A DNA stretch of 22,339 nt, from the NCBI GenBank assembly GCA_965644295.1, contig CBFFRP010000489.1, forward strand, positions 1 to 22,339, in the 5' to 3' direction. The notes under the pieces are model-generated. The model saw only the letters and a list, made by a program, of their open reading frames with translations. It was not told where the DNA came from and did not search any database. The stretch is from Paraphysomonas bandaiensis. Lineage: Eukaryota; Protista; Chrysophyceae. This document shows positions 20,730 through 22,339 of this stretch, piece by piece; position 1 is the stretch's first letter, and the number at the start of each line of letters is the position of its first letter. The position numbers and the translations under genes are program-made.

Positions 20730-22110
20730 AAAGGTATAGTGTTATATATATAGCATAGTGAGATTGTGTAGTGGTATATAGTGGGATGGTATCTGGGTGT
20801 GTAGTGAACTGGTATAGTGGTATATAGTAGTGAGATAGTATAGTTGTATATAGTGAGAAGGTATAGTGGAATATATTGAGATAGTATAGTGATATAGCAT
20901 GGTGAGATGGTGTAGTGGTATATAGTGGGATGGTATATGGCTGTATAGTGAAATGGTATAGTGGTATATAGTTAGATGGTATAGTGATGTATAGTTAGAT
21001 CAGGGATAGGGAACAATATATTGTATTGCAATACATTGTACAATATATTGCAATATATTGTAAAATATATTGATTGGTGGACTGGTCAAATATTCCATCA
21101 ATAGTGTTTCTGTTAAAAGAGCTCACAATACTATTGCAATACATTGCAATCAATATTATGATAGTCATATAAGAGAAGATTCTCAACTGTAGGGTGCAAA
21201 ATGGATATAAATAACCGAGAAATTGATTACAACATTACAAAGGATAATGAAGCTGATGTTGACAATGCGACTAAAAATCTTCAGTCAGCTCAAAATATTA
21301 AGAAACGTACAGATCCACGAGTCATTAACGGTTGCCTGGCCCTGGTATGTACTTCCAATACATGGGAGCGTCTGTTCAGCGCAACTAAACATATTATATC
21401 AGTGTTTCGCAAAAGTATCCATCCTACTTAATATGCTGTTGTTTCTGAAAGCTATTCGACAGTTTTGGCCGGATACTAGCATATTTCAATTAATTCTGTG
21501 GATGAATATGTTGATGTTGACCTCACCGATGATGGCTCAGAGGATGAGGACGAGGTCAGAGGATGAGGACGAGGTGGATTTTTAGTAGCTATAAGCAGCA
21601 GTTGGTTTGGTTGTCATGTGATCTTAATGACTACTACTAAAAATGAAATCTACGGATGTGTTTACCTACTGAGTAGTCATACTAATATATTGCAATACAT
21701 TGACAATATATTGCAATATATTGTAATTGTATTGTAGGACCAGTTTAAAAAATCCATCAATATTATTGATGGAACGCTATCTAACAATAGTATTGCAATA
21801 TATTGTTCCCTATCCCTGAGTTAGATGGTATAGTGGTGTATAGTGAGATAGTGTATGGGTGTATAGTGAAATGGTTTATGGGTGTATAGTGAGAAAGTAT
21901 AGTGATGTATAATTAGATGGTATAGTGGTATATATAGTGAGATGGTATAGTGGTATAATATAGTGGGATGGTTTAGTGATGCATAGTAATATGGTATATG
22001 GGTGTATAGTGAGATGGTATATGAGTGTGAGATGGTATTTCGGTGTATATTGAGGTGGTATGTGGGCATATTTTGAGATGGTAAAGTGGTGTATATAGTG
22101 AGATGGTTAT
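20730..22110. repeat. Degenerate C-poor satellite (GGTATAGTGGTATATAGTGAGAT-like units), interrupted by the hAT element
   Basis: Repeated GTATAGTG, GTATATAGTG and GAGATGGT motifs at 20730-21000 and 21819-22110. Confidence 0.85.
21001..21818 (+). mobile_element. Non-autonomous hAT DNA transposon (818 bp) retaining a degenerate transposase C-terminal dimerisation segment
   Basis: Perfect 23-bp TIRs: CAGGGATAGGGAACAATATATTG (21001-21023) and its reverse complement (21796-21818). The 8-bp TSD AGTTAGAT is at 20993-21000 and 21819-21826. Subterminal TATTGCAATA palindromes occur at both ends. The internal CTSNTWERLFSATKHII...RKSIHP / LNMLLFLKAIRQFW (frameshift near 21428) matches the hAT dimerisation motif. 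Confidence 0.95.
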
Positions 22111-22339
22111 AGTTCATACTTGTGCACTGCATGTAATATATATGTGTAGTCGGTGACTTTTATAGCTGTAAAACTGAAGTAATATGGAAGAAATTAGTAA
22201 AAAATATTATAAATAATACTTTTCACACTGTTATTATCTTCATAGTTACTAATTGTGCATAGTTATACCCTTTTCCAACCATCATTAAAAATTTCACCAG
22301 GTTTTACACCAAAAACCAGGTTTTGGTATTACCTCGACT

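Noticed and set aside
21821-22132. 103-aa His/Tyr/Thr-rich ORF
   Set aside because: It is a translation of the degenerate satellite.

Overview
Eukaryotic DNA, probably from a protist; a stramenopile-like origin is an inference only. The genes carry many short (~40-60 nt) GT-AG introns. Four protein-coding genes can be supported: a NIPA/ZC3HC1-like zf-C3HC + Rsm1 protein (-), a divergently transcribed TBC Rab-GAP (+), a ~22-exon gene encoding an unusual BART + UBA-like + coiled-coil protein (-), and an intronless 1081-aa Cys/Trp-rich ankyrin-repeat protein (-). The ankyrin gene contains a young array of 11 x 180-nt units whose few variable positions are reshuffled combinatorially. The intergenic DNA is repeat-rich. 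It holds two long (ACAT)n microsatellites, a short TIR element, a perfect 23-bp hairpin, a nested inverted-repeat complex with a dispersed third copy, a truncated and frameshifted Ty3/Gypsy RT remnant, and an 818-bp non-autonomous hAT element (23-bp TIRs, 8-bp TSD) inserted into a degenerate satellite. No rRNA, tRNA or CRISPR was recognised. All family assignments come from reading motifs by eye, not from database searches.
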